From Zootoca vivipara (Eukaryota), in NCBI RefSeq assembly GCF_963506605.1, contig NC_083286.1, forward strand, positions 24,118,001-24,182,000: a stretch of 64,000 bases of DNA, written 5' to 3'. The notes beneath the pieces were generated by a model. That model saw nothing but the letters and a program-made list of their open reading frames with translations. It searched no databases and was not told the DNA's origin. Below, one piece after another: positions 49,865-62,118 of the stretch (the first letter of the stretch is position 1; the number at the start of each line of letters is the position of its first letter). Position numbers and translations under genes: made by a program.

Positions 49865-50532
49865 ATCAGGAAGAGAGCAGAGAGAATTGCTGTAGACCCT
49901 TCGCATCCTGGTCATCACCTGTTTGATTTACTCCCATCCGGACGCCGGTACAGGACTCTATATACAAAAATGTCCAGGCACAGGAATAGCTTTTTTCCTT
50001 GTCCCATCAAATTGTTGAATCTGTAGTTGTGGGCGAAATGGAAGCCAGTTGGTGGTATGGGGTTTTTCACTGTGCTGTTGTATTGTGAGGGGGATAGTGT
50101 TTGTATGAGGTACATTTTCCTTTACATTGCATTGTAGTTGAAGCAAAATTCCAAGTATGGTTGATACTTGGCCAAAAATTTCTATTCTATTCTATTCTAT
50201 TCTATTCTATTCTATTCTATTCTATTCTACAGTGGTGCCTCGCTAGACGAATTTAATTCGTTCCATGGGTCTTTTCTTATAACGAAAAATTCATCTAGCG
50301 AATTCCATAGGAATGCATTGAATTTTTTTTGAATTATTTTTGCCCATAGGAACACATTAATTGAATTTCAATGCATTCCTATGGGAAACCGCGATTCGCT
50401 AGACGAATTTTTCATAAAACGAATTCGTCTAACGAGGCAATCTCCGCTCGAAAAATCCTTTCGTTAAGCGGAAATTTCGTTAAGCAGGGCATTCGTTAAG
50501 CGAGGCATCACTGTATTCTATTCTATTCTATT
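49865..50532 (+). mobile_element. Rex1/Babar LINE 3' fragment with (TTCTA)n tail
   Basis: DPSHPGHHLFDLLPSGRRYR..RHRNSFFP..IKLLN is the Rex1-type C-terminus. The pentanucleotide tail at 50180-50532 is interrupted by a MITE. Confidence 0.82.
50230..50513. mobile_element. Tc1/mariner (Tigger-like) MITE
   Basis: TIR CAGTGGTGCCTCGCT...AGCGAGGCATCACTG, TA TSD. Confidence 0.9.
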
Positions 50533-50697
50533 CTCTGATTGCTTTCTCCCACCCTCCTGCCTGATCTCCACACTATTTCAGCCACCCAAGCCCAATCTCC
50601 TCTGCAGCCACCAGGGTGAGCATGAAGCCTCCTTTGCCACTGCTGCTCCAAGGCTGAGGACTCCTCTGCCACTACTGCTGTGATGACAAGGCCTCCT

Positions 50698-50950
50698 GGG
50701 AGCCAGCGTGGTGTAGTGGTTAAGAGCAGTGGACTCGCAATCTGGTGAACCGGGTTCGCTTCCCCACTCCTCCACATGCAGCTGCTGGGTGACCTTGGAC
50801 TAGTCCCACTTCTCTGAAGTCTCTCAGCCTCACTCACCTCACAGAGTGTTTGTTGTGGGGGAGGAAGGGAAAGGAGATTGTCAGCCGCTTTGAGACTCCT
50901 TCAGGGGAGTGAAAGGCGGGATATCAAGTCCAAACTCCTCTTTCTCTTCC
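50698..50950 (+). mobile_element. tRNA-derived CORE-type SINE (Squam3-like)
   Basis: Highly similar to 42199-42449. Confidence 0.8.
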
Positions 50951-53351
50951 TCCTCCATGAGGCCTTCACTGAAGCCTGTCGCAGGTGCTGACATACTTCC
51001 AGAAGCTGACACTGGCTGACATCATTGGCCTTGACGGGCCTCAGCGGAGGCCTCACCACAACAAAGGAGGCCTCACCCTCATCATGGCAGTGTGGGAGGA
51101 AGAGAGACACCTGGGATTTCAAACAAAACCAAGATGGCTTCTGTAAATCTGGGATGTCCCACTCAAAGTGGGACAGTTTGCAGGTATGCTATTACCACTA
51201 TTTCTGTACTGCACTACACTTCCTGACTCATGACCAAATCTATTTAACATACCACCCTATTCAACCATGCTTATCATTCCCCTAGGTACAGTAACAGAGT
51301 AGGTGAAAATGTTCACAACCCATGACCAATCTGGGCAATTAGAAAAACCTACTTGTCCCTGAACTGACTGGAATTGCAATGCTATAGAAGGGCTGCCACA
51401 CTATGGGAAGGAAATATATCAGGATTTGAGGTGCCACCACTTTACATAGTGCTGCTTTCCCCACCCCACACTGTAAGGATACTGATGCTCTTGCAAACAT
51501 CACCTTGATCCAGAGGTGGCCAAGCCATCACTGCCCCTCACCACCCTTCGGATACCTGGAGAAGGGGGACAAACATATTAACATTATCCAAAGTGCAGAC
51601 ATGTATAGCTTTGATTCTGCTCATGCCAGCGTCATCTTTGCATCTGTATTCACACAGCAATGCCATGTGTGAGCAGGTGCATGCCAGTCAGCACGTCATG
51701 CTTTGTGCAGCTGGCTATATTATTTTTGATCACATTAATCACTGATCACATAAACTGTAAAAACTAGACGACTGGGCTACATGTTACTTTGTTCACATGT
51801 CATACAGATAATGGCTCCCATTGTAACACAAGAACCAGCCTTGAGATGGCAACTGCTTCCCACACGTATTTTTTTGGGGGGGGGGGGCTGGAAGTCAGCT
51901 ATTCCTAAATATCTCTTGACAGTGGAAGTAGAATAATTCCGAGCCAATTTTCTCCTTCATCACACATCTTCAGAAAGAAACAGCATGAGACGTGTGTAGG
52001 ACGTAGAACTGCTGTGGCCAGGGAACAAGCAACTGATTATGAATCTGGCTCATCTGCTTCTCTTGTTCCACTTGGCAGAATAGATTAGCTTTTATTTCAA
52101 AGTGAGGGTATTGGATAACTCTCCAGGATTACACTGAACTCTGTTTGTAATTAAACATAGGCACAAATTAAATATTATACTTTTACCATTTCAGACTTGA
52201 GTAATCCAATAAAAGTTCAGGTTTCGCATTCAGTGGTGGCTCAGATAGGACTCAGGATTGGATTCAAGGCTGCATTCAGACGTGGGTTTTATTGTGTTAG
52301 TTTCAGTGGTTGTAATGTGAGATCTTCTGTCCTGATTTTTAATGTTCTTTTTACACTGCAATGCCTGCTGCATTATCAAACTGTGGCTTTGTGATAAACA
52401 TACCTCTGCGTCGCACTAAATTTTAAATGGTGTGAAATAACTCTATGGCAGGATACCGCCCCAAATTTTGTTACGTGAAATTACAGCCCCAAACTCTCCT
52501 GGAGTTAATGATTCCCCCCTCCCCCGAAAACAATTAACATGGAAATGAGCCCTAAGCTTCTACTAAATTTCCAGGCAGCATTTATGTTATGTCAAAGATC
52601 CCATAAAATGTGAGCATTAACAGATAAGGAACCATCAGGAAAATAGAGGAAAGTGTCTGCATGCACCCCAAGTGAAACATTTCTCAAGGCAGGAGGCAGG
52701 ATGGGGAGACTGTGGTCCTTCAGATGTTGACGGACTGTAACGACCATCAGTCCCAGCTAACAGTCCGAACTAAAAAGACCCGGTGTGGTCATTTTTTATT
52801 TTCAAAAATTTCATACATCTCTCCATTTGCCTACTCCAATTCAGGTAAGAATATTTATTCTCATGCTATATGTTGGAAGGACCAGAGGCTTTACTGTCAC
52901 TCCTGGAACAAATCCAGGCACCATTATTACTATGCATTGTTTAAATAAAATCTGCAGTGGAATGTTTTCTCGTAGCTCACCAATAATTGTATCGACACAA
53001 CTATTTCTCCCAGCTCTGCTTTTCCACAGGGTTTTTCAAAGAACTTGGCCGCAAATTGTTAGATTATTGGTATCACTGCTTTGGCTGCATCTGACATCTT
53101 CAGTGTCACGCTGTAATATTCCTGTGACTTTACTGGTAAAGAAAAGTCATCAGAAAAGTCAGGATCACTTAACCCTGAAATTTCAGATAGCTCAATCGAT
53201 TGCTGCTTGCACAGAATACATCATTACCTAGCTCTAGACAGGAGGATGAACTTCTATCATGTTTAAAGAGCCCACCTTTCCTCTTTGTACGAGGGACATA
53301 TTCATTTTGTCAATGGATATGGTTAAAAGAAAACACAAAGATCTCTCTCTG

Positions 53352-53443
53352 AGGCTGCAATCCTAACCCCACTTACTTGGAAGTAAGGCCCATTGAATTC
53401 AGTAGGACTTACTTCTGAGTGGACATGGAATGGATTCTGCTGT
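53352..53443. repeat. Short palindromic interspersed repeat (MITE-like), paralog at about 35332-35420
   Basis: GCTGCAATCCTAACCC..AAGTAAGGCCCATTGAATTCAGTAGGACTTACTT.. forms an imperfect palindrome. Confidence 0.5.
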
Positions 53444-53749
53444 AAATCTTTAAGGCATCGACTTTTTTTTGTTACTGAAGATGATTAGTCAATAGAATGA
53501 AGTGACACAATTAGGATAATAGAACACTGGTGAACCAGTTGCTTCTAGCCTTAGATGAAGAAAATGAAGAAGAAAAAGAGGAAGAACAAGGAGAAGAAGA
53601 AATCTTTCTGCCTGAAAGTGACAGGGCTGATCCAAAATTGTTTGTCATTTTTTAATTTCTTTTTTGGAGGGAGGAGGTAGGGTTGGTCTGATATCTGATA
53701 ATGGTGTGAGATCCGAAGGACAAATGTCCATGGCACAGACACCATATTC

Positions 53750-53885
53750 CAGGCACCCCCAAACTTCGGCCCTCCAGATGTTTTGGCCTACAACTCCCAT
53801 GATCCCTAGCTATCAGGACCAGTGGTCAGGGTTGATGGGAATTGTAGTCCAAAACATCTGGAAGGCCGAAGTTTGGGGATGCCTG
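53750..53885. mobile_element. Palindromic hAT MITE
   Basis: TIR CAGGCA(C/T)CCCCAAACTTCGGCC, TSD CCATATTC/CCCTATTC. Confidence 0.92.
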
Positions 53886-54169
53886 CCCTATTCAGCATCC
53901 GCTCCATTCATGAAGGGGAAGCAGATCCATACCAATATTGCTATGCCTCTATCCCCCTGCCCCAGCAGTGGGACCTCTGCAAAAGTGCATGCAGCTGGTA
54001 ACAAGTAGGCACCCGTTGTCAGGCATCACTCTGTATATGCAGAGCCTGAGAATGGGTCCACAATGTCAGGTGCAACCACAGATATGGTCCCACTCTTCCC
54101 TCATTTCATTTAGCCTACATTAGTATGATGAAGAAAACTACCCTTCAGGAATTCACCATACACTTACAG

Positions 54170-54305
54170 CAGGCATCCCCAAACTGCGGCCCTCCAGATG
54201 TTTTGGCCTACAACTCCCATGATCCCTAGCTAACAGGACCAGTGGTCAGGGATGATGGGAATTGTAGTCCAAAACATCTGGAGGGCCGAAGTTTGGGGAT
54301 GCCTG
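54170..54305. mobile_element. Palindromic hAT MITE
   Basis: TIR CAGGCATCCCCAAACT, perfect TSD ACTTACAG. Confidence 0.93.
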
Positions 54306-54552
54306 ACTTACAGGATAGGGTTGTTTGTTTGTTTGTTTTTGTTTTTTGTAGAAGGTATACTTTGCACTTCTGTGTGCCATTTCCTTTAACTAGTCAATAA
54401 CACATGGGGGGGTTAACCCCTTTTCTTTTCCCCACGGGTAAGTACACAGTTTTAAAAGAGCAAGAGAATGAGCAAATGAGGGCTGGCTGGTTACAAATGT
54501 GTTCATTGTGCATTTCCTCAAACTGAAAAGCTCAATTCAAAATCTGATCCTA

Positions 54553-55248
54553 TGTCAGGCTTCAGGGAATCAGCTTCCTCCCCCCTTGTGGCAGCAGATA
54601 AGCAGAACAAAGGAAAGGAGTCTTCTTAACCAGTCAGAAGCTTTAATAATCACAGTGAGAGAACAAAGTACACATCTCCCAGAAATGGAGGTGTTCCCAA
54701 TTAAGTTCCCTCCCCTCTCCGTCCCTGTTAAACTACGTCATTCCTACGTTTTGTAATCTGAGCTTGGAGCTGCTGTGTTTTCTGTGTTGACACTTTCTGA
54801 GCTCTCTGGGACTTTGAGGGAGGTGTGTGTGTGGATACTATCCAGAGACTGTGAATCTGTTAACTCTCTCTCTTCTAGTGCTTCTTCTGCTAGCTGTTCC
54901 CCACCGAGTATTTCCCAGCTTCTCTCTTCTGAACTATGCCCCTATGGAAACCACTGTTCCAAATCTATACAATGGTGCCTCGACTTACGAAGGCGATCCA
55001 TTCCGCAGTGCTCTTCGTAAGTCGAAGTCTTTGGTTGTCGAAGCAATTTTGTGCTTCTGCGCATGCGCAGCGCGCACGGCGAATAGACTTCCGGGTTTTC
55101 CGACTTCGTAAGTCGAAACCTTCGGAAGTCGAGTCATTCGGATGTCGAGGTACCAATGTACTGTTTTCTTGCTCCTGGGAAGATTAGACGGAGGGCTGGT
55201 TCGCACCATTCTTCCTATGTGCAGCCCTCCTCAACATGGTCACTGACA
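54553..55248 (-). mobile_element. Solo LTR related to 6008-6447, with nested MITE and decayed internal ORF
   Basis: TGTCAG...CTGACA termini, 5-bp TSD TCCTA (54548 and 55249), minus-strand ATTAAA. Its 3' end ..CCCTGAAGCCTGACA resembles ..CCCTCAAGCCTAACA. Confidence 0.8.
54970..55158. mobile_element. Tc1/mariner (Tigger-like) MITE
   Basis: CAATGGTGCCTCGAC...GTCGAGGTACCAATG, TA TSD. Confidence 0.85.
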
Positions 55249-56844
55249 TCCTATGTGCGAGTCAGAGTGCCTTCAAGTATCTGATCTGGGGATGGAAGGA
55301 GAGGGTGAAAGGAGATGAGAGGTGCCTGTGTACTCATGCCCATCTAATGGGCTTCACATAGACTTCCCATTGGCCACTGTGAGGTAGGCCTTGGTTTAAT
55401 CTAGTGGAGGGGCGGGTCTCTTCATGTTCTCATGGGAAAGGGCTAGATGCATCATCCAGAGAAATGACAGGGGCTTTAACAAAATCTCTGTGAGTGACAC
55501 CCAAGTTTTGGATCAGACATTCCAGCTTTGAGAAGTGCACCAATGTCTGCCCCTGGTCCCTCCTATTAGATCAGGATGCTTGATTTATTGTGTCTTCATA
55601 TGGTAGATTTGATATTTCAGTTCTAACCTCCCTCCCCCCCCCACAAAATAATAAAAGATATCCAGCTGATGAATAAAGAGAAAGGCATATTTACATGAAA
55701 ACTAAACCACTTGGGTAGGGGGGCAAAGGAGGGAAGGTCATCACATGGTAGCATTCTCTTAAAATAATCTTATACACATTTCAGGGGGAGACATAGAGTC
55801 CATTTTCAAAGTTTCAATTGAGGGCCCTTTTCTCTTTTGTGTAGAGACTGATTATTTGTAGATTGTTATAATCATCTAGAGCATGTCCTGTTTTATGTTT
55901 TTTGTGTTGCTTATGCACAGGGCTATCGGCTTCCAAATCCCGATGCCAGGAAAAACAATATCTGTTTTATCATCATGCTAGAGGACAATCCTAACTACAT
56001 ATATTGAAAATGCCAGCCGCTGATTGAGGGCAACATTCGGGTCATCATAACTAACTGTCACCAGCTGTTGGAACATTCTCTTTCCACATGTGCTGTACAA
56101 AATGCATGCCAAACTATCAAATAGCATGTAGGAATGCCAATAAATAGGGTTACCTGTCAGATTCTCGTTTGGAAAATAATAATAATAATGCAATAGCTTT
56201 TCTCTGTCGTTTCCTGCCGTATTTTCACTTTGAAATGGGGCATATTTCTCATCTTGAAATAATGGCTTTCATTTAACAGATAGGGCTCTGCCCAGAGACG
56301 TTGTGTGATCCAATTAGAATTTAAGATAACCTGTGATGTTAACTGCCAGCTCTGCTTAAGATGTAGCGACTGCCTTCCCACCCACTCCTAATGACCCTCT
56401 ATCATTTCTCTGTATGTCTGTAAGTTCCCTTACTCCAAGATGTATTGTTTTCATGCCTGTCTTTTCACAGATATTTTCACTCTTCTGCTCTTATATGTCC
56501 GCTGGAAACCTTGGCCAAATTGGTAGGGCTTGCTCTTTCTCTCTGCTGATTGCTCTGTGTGCTGAAAAGTGGGTTTCTTGATAACTTCCTTGGTCCAATA
56601 CTTCAACCAGAAGAACGAGTCATTGCCGATGGTGAAGAGTTTCATTGTTCAGTGGCAGGTTGGAGTCATGCTCTAAGGGCAGCCATGCTTTCCTGTTTGC
56701 ACAAGAATTGAGTGTTTGAAGGTGGTTTTCTATTATGCCATTTATTGAAAATGGGTTAAAACCGAGCAGATACTAGAACGCACTCCAGTTGTTTTAGAAC
56801 AAAGCACCCAAAGCTAATCTAAATAGTTTTCACACAGGAAAACA

Positions 56845-57022
56845 CAAGGCTGCCTTATATCAAGTCAAAGCTATTCATCCATGTAGCTCAGAACTGTCTG
56901 CACTTACTACCAGAAACTCTCCTGGATTTCAGACGGGATTGTCTCCCATCCTTACCTGGAAGTGGCAAAGACTGAACCTGGGATGTTCTGCATGCAGTGA
57001 AGGTGCTTCACCATTGAGCTAT
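56845..57022 (-). mobile_element. Old tRNA(Ala-like)-derived SINE
   Basis: Reverse-complement homolog of 10035-10212. Confidence 0.55.
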
Positions 57023-57385
57023 GACCTTTTACCATGGGTTTGATCCAGACTTGCAGAGTTTTGATGGTGTGATGCTCCACTGGAATATTGGGATTGTCAC
57101 TGATTCATTCTTCTCCCTGCAGTTCCCTTTGACCTTTGAAAATCTGTTCTGGAGGTCTGGAGGCCCTCAAGAACAGTAGGGTGGGTGGTGGCAGGGACTA
57201 TAGAGAGGAAGGAGAATGACCAACAGTTGTCATCCTCTAGCTGAAGCTAATTGGCAGCCAATTGCCCTGGTGAGCAACCTGGCCACCGAATTCTGCACCA
57301 GCTGAAACAAAGCACCACCAACAACAAAAACCCCACACCAATTGATAACTGTCCAAACAATAACAGCAAAGACAATGCTCTACAT

Positions 57386-57974
57386 CAGGGACAGCCATCT
57401 TCCAAGAGACTGCGATCTACTCACACAATTAAAAACTGGCAGTGATCTACCCCTGGGGGGGGGTTCAGATGAAAGTTGTTGAGCTATTTTTAGGGAGGAA
57501 AGCCCCATTTCTAAGGGGTTCAGATCAAAGTTGTTGAGCTTTATTTAGGGAGGAAAGGAGGCAAAGGAATAAATTTTTAAAGCTGCTCACCAAGAGATTG
57601 CTAATTAAACAGTCAGCCTTGCAGCAAGAGCTGAGAAGCAAAGCTACAGGGAACCAGGCAGAGGGCCTTCTTGGTAGTGGTGCCCGCCCTGTGGAACGCC
57701 CTCCCATCAGATGTCAAAGAGATAAACAACCAACTGACATTTAAGGCTGAAGGCAGCCCTGTTTAGGGAAGCTTTTAATGTGTGACATTTTAATGTTTTT
57801 TTAATCTTTGTTGGAAGCCGCCCAGAGTGGCTGGGATACAAATAATAATAATAGCAAGCTACAGGGCAAGGGGAGGGGGAGGGACTGGATGGAGGAGCCA
57901 GCGATCGACAGTGATATACAAAAACCTCCTGGGGATCGACCAGTTGATCGCGATCGACCTGTTGAACATCCCTG
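57386..57974. mobile_element. hAT non-autonomous element with nested L2 fragment
   Basis: CAGGGA...TCCCTG termini, perfect 8-bp TSD CTCTACAT, subterminal GATCGAC repeats, internal duplication of about 45 bp. Confidence 0.85.
57631..57852 (+). mobile_element. L2-type LINE 3' fragment
   Basis: Homologous to 47800-48075, (AAT)n tail. Confidence 0.8.
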
Positions 57975-60871
57975 CTCTACATATTTCAAAATCTGAATAA
58001 GTATACTTAGTATTTATTTTATTTCCTTTCCTTCATGGTTAAAGTTCAGCACATGTATCAATGCAGTCATCGTTACTACAACAGTTCCAGCAGATAAACC
58101 GATATTATTGTTTAAGTTCATGCATCTATTTAGATATCTATATACTAACTTTTATGGCAATGCATACTTAGGGCAGTACATAGAATTGAACACATTTTAA
58201 TTTCAGAAAGTATCTAACATACTATAAAGCTTCAATCTTCTCAGAAGCAAGAGCTTTCGATTGGCTCCAGTTCTTTCATGAATTATTTAACCAAGGGGAA
58301 ATGAAAGTTCACTTGGGCAGTTCTGGAAAGCTTTGGGACATTGATTAGGATGCAAGAGGAGCAATAGATTACGAGAGAGATAAATACCAAACAGGGAAGT
58401 TACTTGAGGCCAGTTATAATGGGAATTTTGCCTTCCACAGAATGAAGAACTGAGTAGACAAAATGAAATTAAAGGTGGAGAAATGATGTGCACTTTAGCT
58501 CTGAATCTAAAGCAAGACACAAAAAACACAGAGAAATGCTGATTACCATTGTATTCCAAACTATCCTGGAATGGCTAATATCCAAGTTCTCTATGGATGC
58601 TGAAGCACAAATACGGAAACAAACAATTAATAAGAAACTAGAAACTGAAACCCTTTTAATGAATTAGGCAGACTTCGATGAGTGTGCTTATGATTCAGAA
58701 GATGTAAGGTCTCAAATTGCAATCCCTTTCACCAGAAGGATTCCAAAATGAATTTAAAAGTAAGTTGAATTTAGAGGAACAGACAGTGTTACTATTATGC
58801 ATCACTATACCTCAGACCAGATTAGAGTTGATTGTTAGAGTTTCACGGGGAACATTATTATTATCGAAATTGGACTGTCTAGTCTTTTCAGAGGAAAAAA
58901 GGTACACACTATATAAAATACCAAAGCAACAACTTTGCTGCAGAGCTTTAAAAGTAAAGTATACTCCATCATTTCATACATGACTCGCAACCTTCTTTAC
59001 CTTCAAAAGAAGTAGAAAAACAGCATTCTACATAACCAGTCTAGAAATTCTAAATAAGTTTTTTGTCTGTCTGTCTGTGTGGGTTAGTGGGTGTGTTTAA
59101 AAAAACCAGAGAGCTTGTGGAATTAACTCATCCATTCCCACTTCTAAGACACATTTTGAATTATTACTAACCATCTTTATTTTACCAGGGAGGGGAGGGG
59201 AGAGAAATATCTCAGTAGAGGGATTTCATTCCAACAGCGCTGTTTTTCTTTGGTGAGATCGATAGTGGTAGCATCTGAGGCCGCTCAGAGGAAAAATGGT
59301 CATCTTAGGTCCCAGTCATGTGATAACAAAGAATAGCTTTTTCCATGACCTTCTCCTGTTCCTCTTGCTCTGTGTCTCTTTAGAACCATCCCTGAAGCAT
59401 TTTGATTTTATTTATTTTTTTGTTTTGTTTTTACCAGTGTTTGTTTTCTGAGGTTGACAAGTGTTAAGGCGTGAACCTTGAATACTTGAGTCGAAGTCTG
59501 TCTTCCAGCTGGAAAAAAAGAAGAAGAAAAAGGGAGGGGGAGATAAAACCCTCCTGAAATGCCAGAAGTGTAATATTGGCTGTTCAGCCCTTCTTGGGGA
59601 ATGTATTCAATGCTGTTTGTGGAGAAATAGATTTTCCTTTCCCCTTTTCAGCACAAGCTGAAAAATGGTCAATTTGTTCCTTAAATCATCATTGTGAAAT
59701 TTCAAAAGTCAGCATTTAACAAAATACTTATTTCTCTGCCGCACTGAGAACCGGGCAATTGTTTGTATGTTACCATGAAACAGGCAGTGTGTGAAACACT
59801 CTCCCCAATCAACTGTTTTCGGAGCCATTCAGGAAAGCATAATGAGTTTGCCAACTTCCTAGCTTGGGATGCATTGGTGTCTCTCTGCCCTTATATTTCT
59901 CATTTTGACCTTTCAAGTCGCCAATCCTTAGCTCAATCTTGCAGGTTCAGAAAAAGTCAGGCAGGGTGGCTTTCTGCCATGGTTAGAGTGACAAGCACTT
60001 TATCAGGGTTTAATTAGATTTTCTTCTTTACAACCAAGAACTCAATATCCCTTTCATAAAACACTCTCTTTGATACACAAGGCTGCGGTGGCTGAAGAGA
60101 TCTCTATAGGAGTGTCTCACCTCTTGTCCAGTGACATTAAGGCATCAAAGACGAGTTTCTGCAAAGTAGTAGCAGAAAGGTAGATTTGATGTGAATCAAC
60201 TGTGTTTCATTTGTAGCTACGAATTGGTATATAGATTTCAGCAATTAAACCCTTGTTCCTTAGACTGGCCATACCACCGGCTAAACTTTCTGCTCCATTA
60301 GTATACCTCTCAGGAGCTGTGAAATGTCTCACAGTGAAAAGATAAAGCTGACAAAACAGCGTTAAGGATTATCTTTTATCGCTACTAGAGAGCCGTATCA
60401 CTGAAATCAAAGGGAATCAGTAGCTTAGTAAAGCTGTGAGCTGAAAGAAAACATCTTGAGTACCAAGAGGAGCTGTTCATGAACAAAGTGTTTCCTTTTT
60501 TCATAAGATAACTTATCCCACTTTGTACAGCTTTCCATTCAAAAAAAAAGAATATCTATGGAGTCAGAGGTTTAACGACTATGTTAAAGATAAATATTTC
60601 TCAGATAGGGGTTTTAGCTTCATGGGAATCCATAAAGAACACTGACAGTTCTGTAGACAACTGCACAAGAATGTACGGTAAGAAAAGCCTATCTAGTCCA
60701 ACCTCTTCTCACAGCGGCCAAACAGATGCCTATGGGAATCGTGACCAGAGTGCAACAGCCTCTTGTAAGAGGCAGAATGCCTCCTTCAATGGATCACAGA
60801 ATGTCACTATCATGTAGTCACATACCTTACCTCCCAGAAGAAGAAATTAGAGGAAAATTATGCAGAGTTTA

Positions 60872-61192
60872 ATCATCATCCTCATCATCATTTGTTATTT
60901 ATACCCCGCCCATCTGGCTGGGTTTCCCCAGCCACTCTGGGCGTGTTCCAACAAAATATTAAAAATACAATAAAACATCAAACATTAAAAACTTCCCTGA
61001 ACAAGGCTGCCTTCAGATGTCTTCTAAAAGCCAGATAGTTGTTTATTTCCTTGACATCTGATGGGAGGGCATTCTACAGGGTGGGCGCCGCTGCCAGGGA
61101 ATGCCCTCTGCCTGGTTCCCTGTAACCTCACTTCTTGCAGTGAGGGAACCACCAGAAGGCCCTTAGAGCTGGACCTCAGTGTCTGGGCCCCA
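60872..61192 (-). mobile_element. L2-type LINE 3' fragment
   Basis: Minus-strand LRSSSKGLLVVPSLQEVRLQGTRQRAF, homologous to 47758-48075. Confidence 0.82.
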
Positions 61193-61980
61193 TCTCCTGT
61201 TCTATTGACTCCACACCCTTTGAAATAGATGACCACATTGGGGAGCCCTGTTAAATGGCAACTTTGCTAATTATTTAGTAGCCACTACACCACCATTCCA
61301 TATTGCCACCCAGAGAAAGCAATTTTCCCCCAACCTGATTATGCTATAACTGGCCTCTACCCCAAAACTGAGTTTTCATATGCTGGGCTTTGTTTTCATT
61401 TCAAGTCTCAAAAGCTGATTGTGAGAAAACATGCCAGGACTTGGCTATGACAAGCAGTATGGTGTAAGTAACAGCTGAAGAGCAATCAGGAACCAGCAGG
61501 CAGGACCAGAGGACTAGCCTGGAGTCAGGACCAAAGAGGAATGCCTGAGGTAAATACTGGGAATACAGAATATGCCAAAGTTTAGGTATAAAGTTTAGGT
61601 TCAAGCAAAGCACCACTGAAACAGACACATCCCATAAAGTTATTACTGGATGACCTGATGGGTGGAGCCAGTTCAAAGTTCTTCACTGAGAAGCTGGCAT
61701 TGAGCAATTCACCACATGGGACAATGGTTAAAAACCTGAGACAAAATAAAAGGCTGTGATCATTTTACTGCTTGACAATCAACAGGGCCAGGATGTATTG
61801 GTGAGGCTCAGAAGATGCAGGAATCAAAAGGGTGACCTTCTACTATCTTTCCTAGAGAGCTGCTTTTTGAGTAAGATGGAACCTAAATAATTCAATGCAC
61901 TTATAATAACATTTCTGCCTTTCGTGGCTACTAAAGTCCACGCTAGAAAAGGCTATTCAGAGGAAAGTCAACATGTAGTC

Positions 61981-62118
61981 CAGTGTTTCTCAACCAGTGT
62001 GCCTCCAGATGTTTTGGGACTACGACTCCCATCATTCCTGACCACTGGTCTTGCTAGCTAGGGATGATGGGAGTTGTAGTCCCAAAACATCTGGAGGCAC
62101 ACTGGTTGAGAAACACTG
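61981..62118. mobile_element. Palindromic hAT MITE (alternative TIR)
   Basis: Long TIR CAGTGTTTCTCAACCAGTGTGCCTCCAGATGTTTTGGGACTAC, perfect TSD ATGTAGTC. Confidence 0.93.

Noticed and set aside
50180-50532. CRISPR-like or satellite array
   Set aside because: A simple (TTCTA)n LINE tail with no spacers, in a eukaryotic context.
60605-60677. Candidate 73-nt exon (ttctcag...gtaaga)
   Set aside because: Peptide not recognised, weak polypyrimidine tract, donor abuts a CR1 UTR remnant and there are no partner exons.
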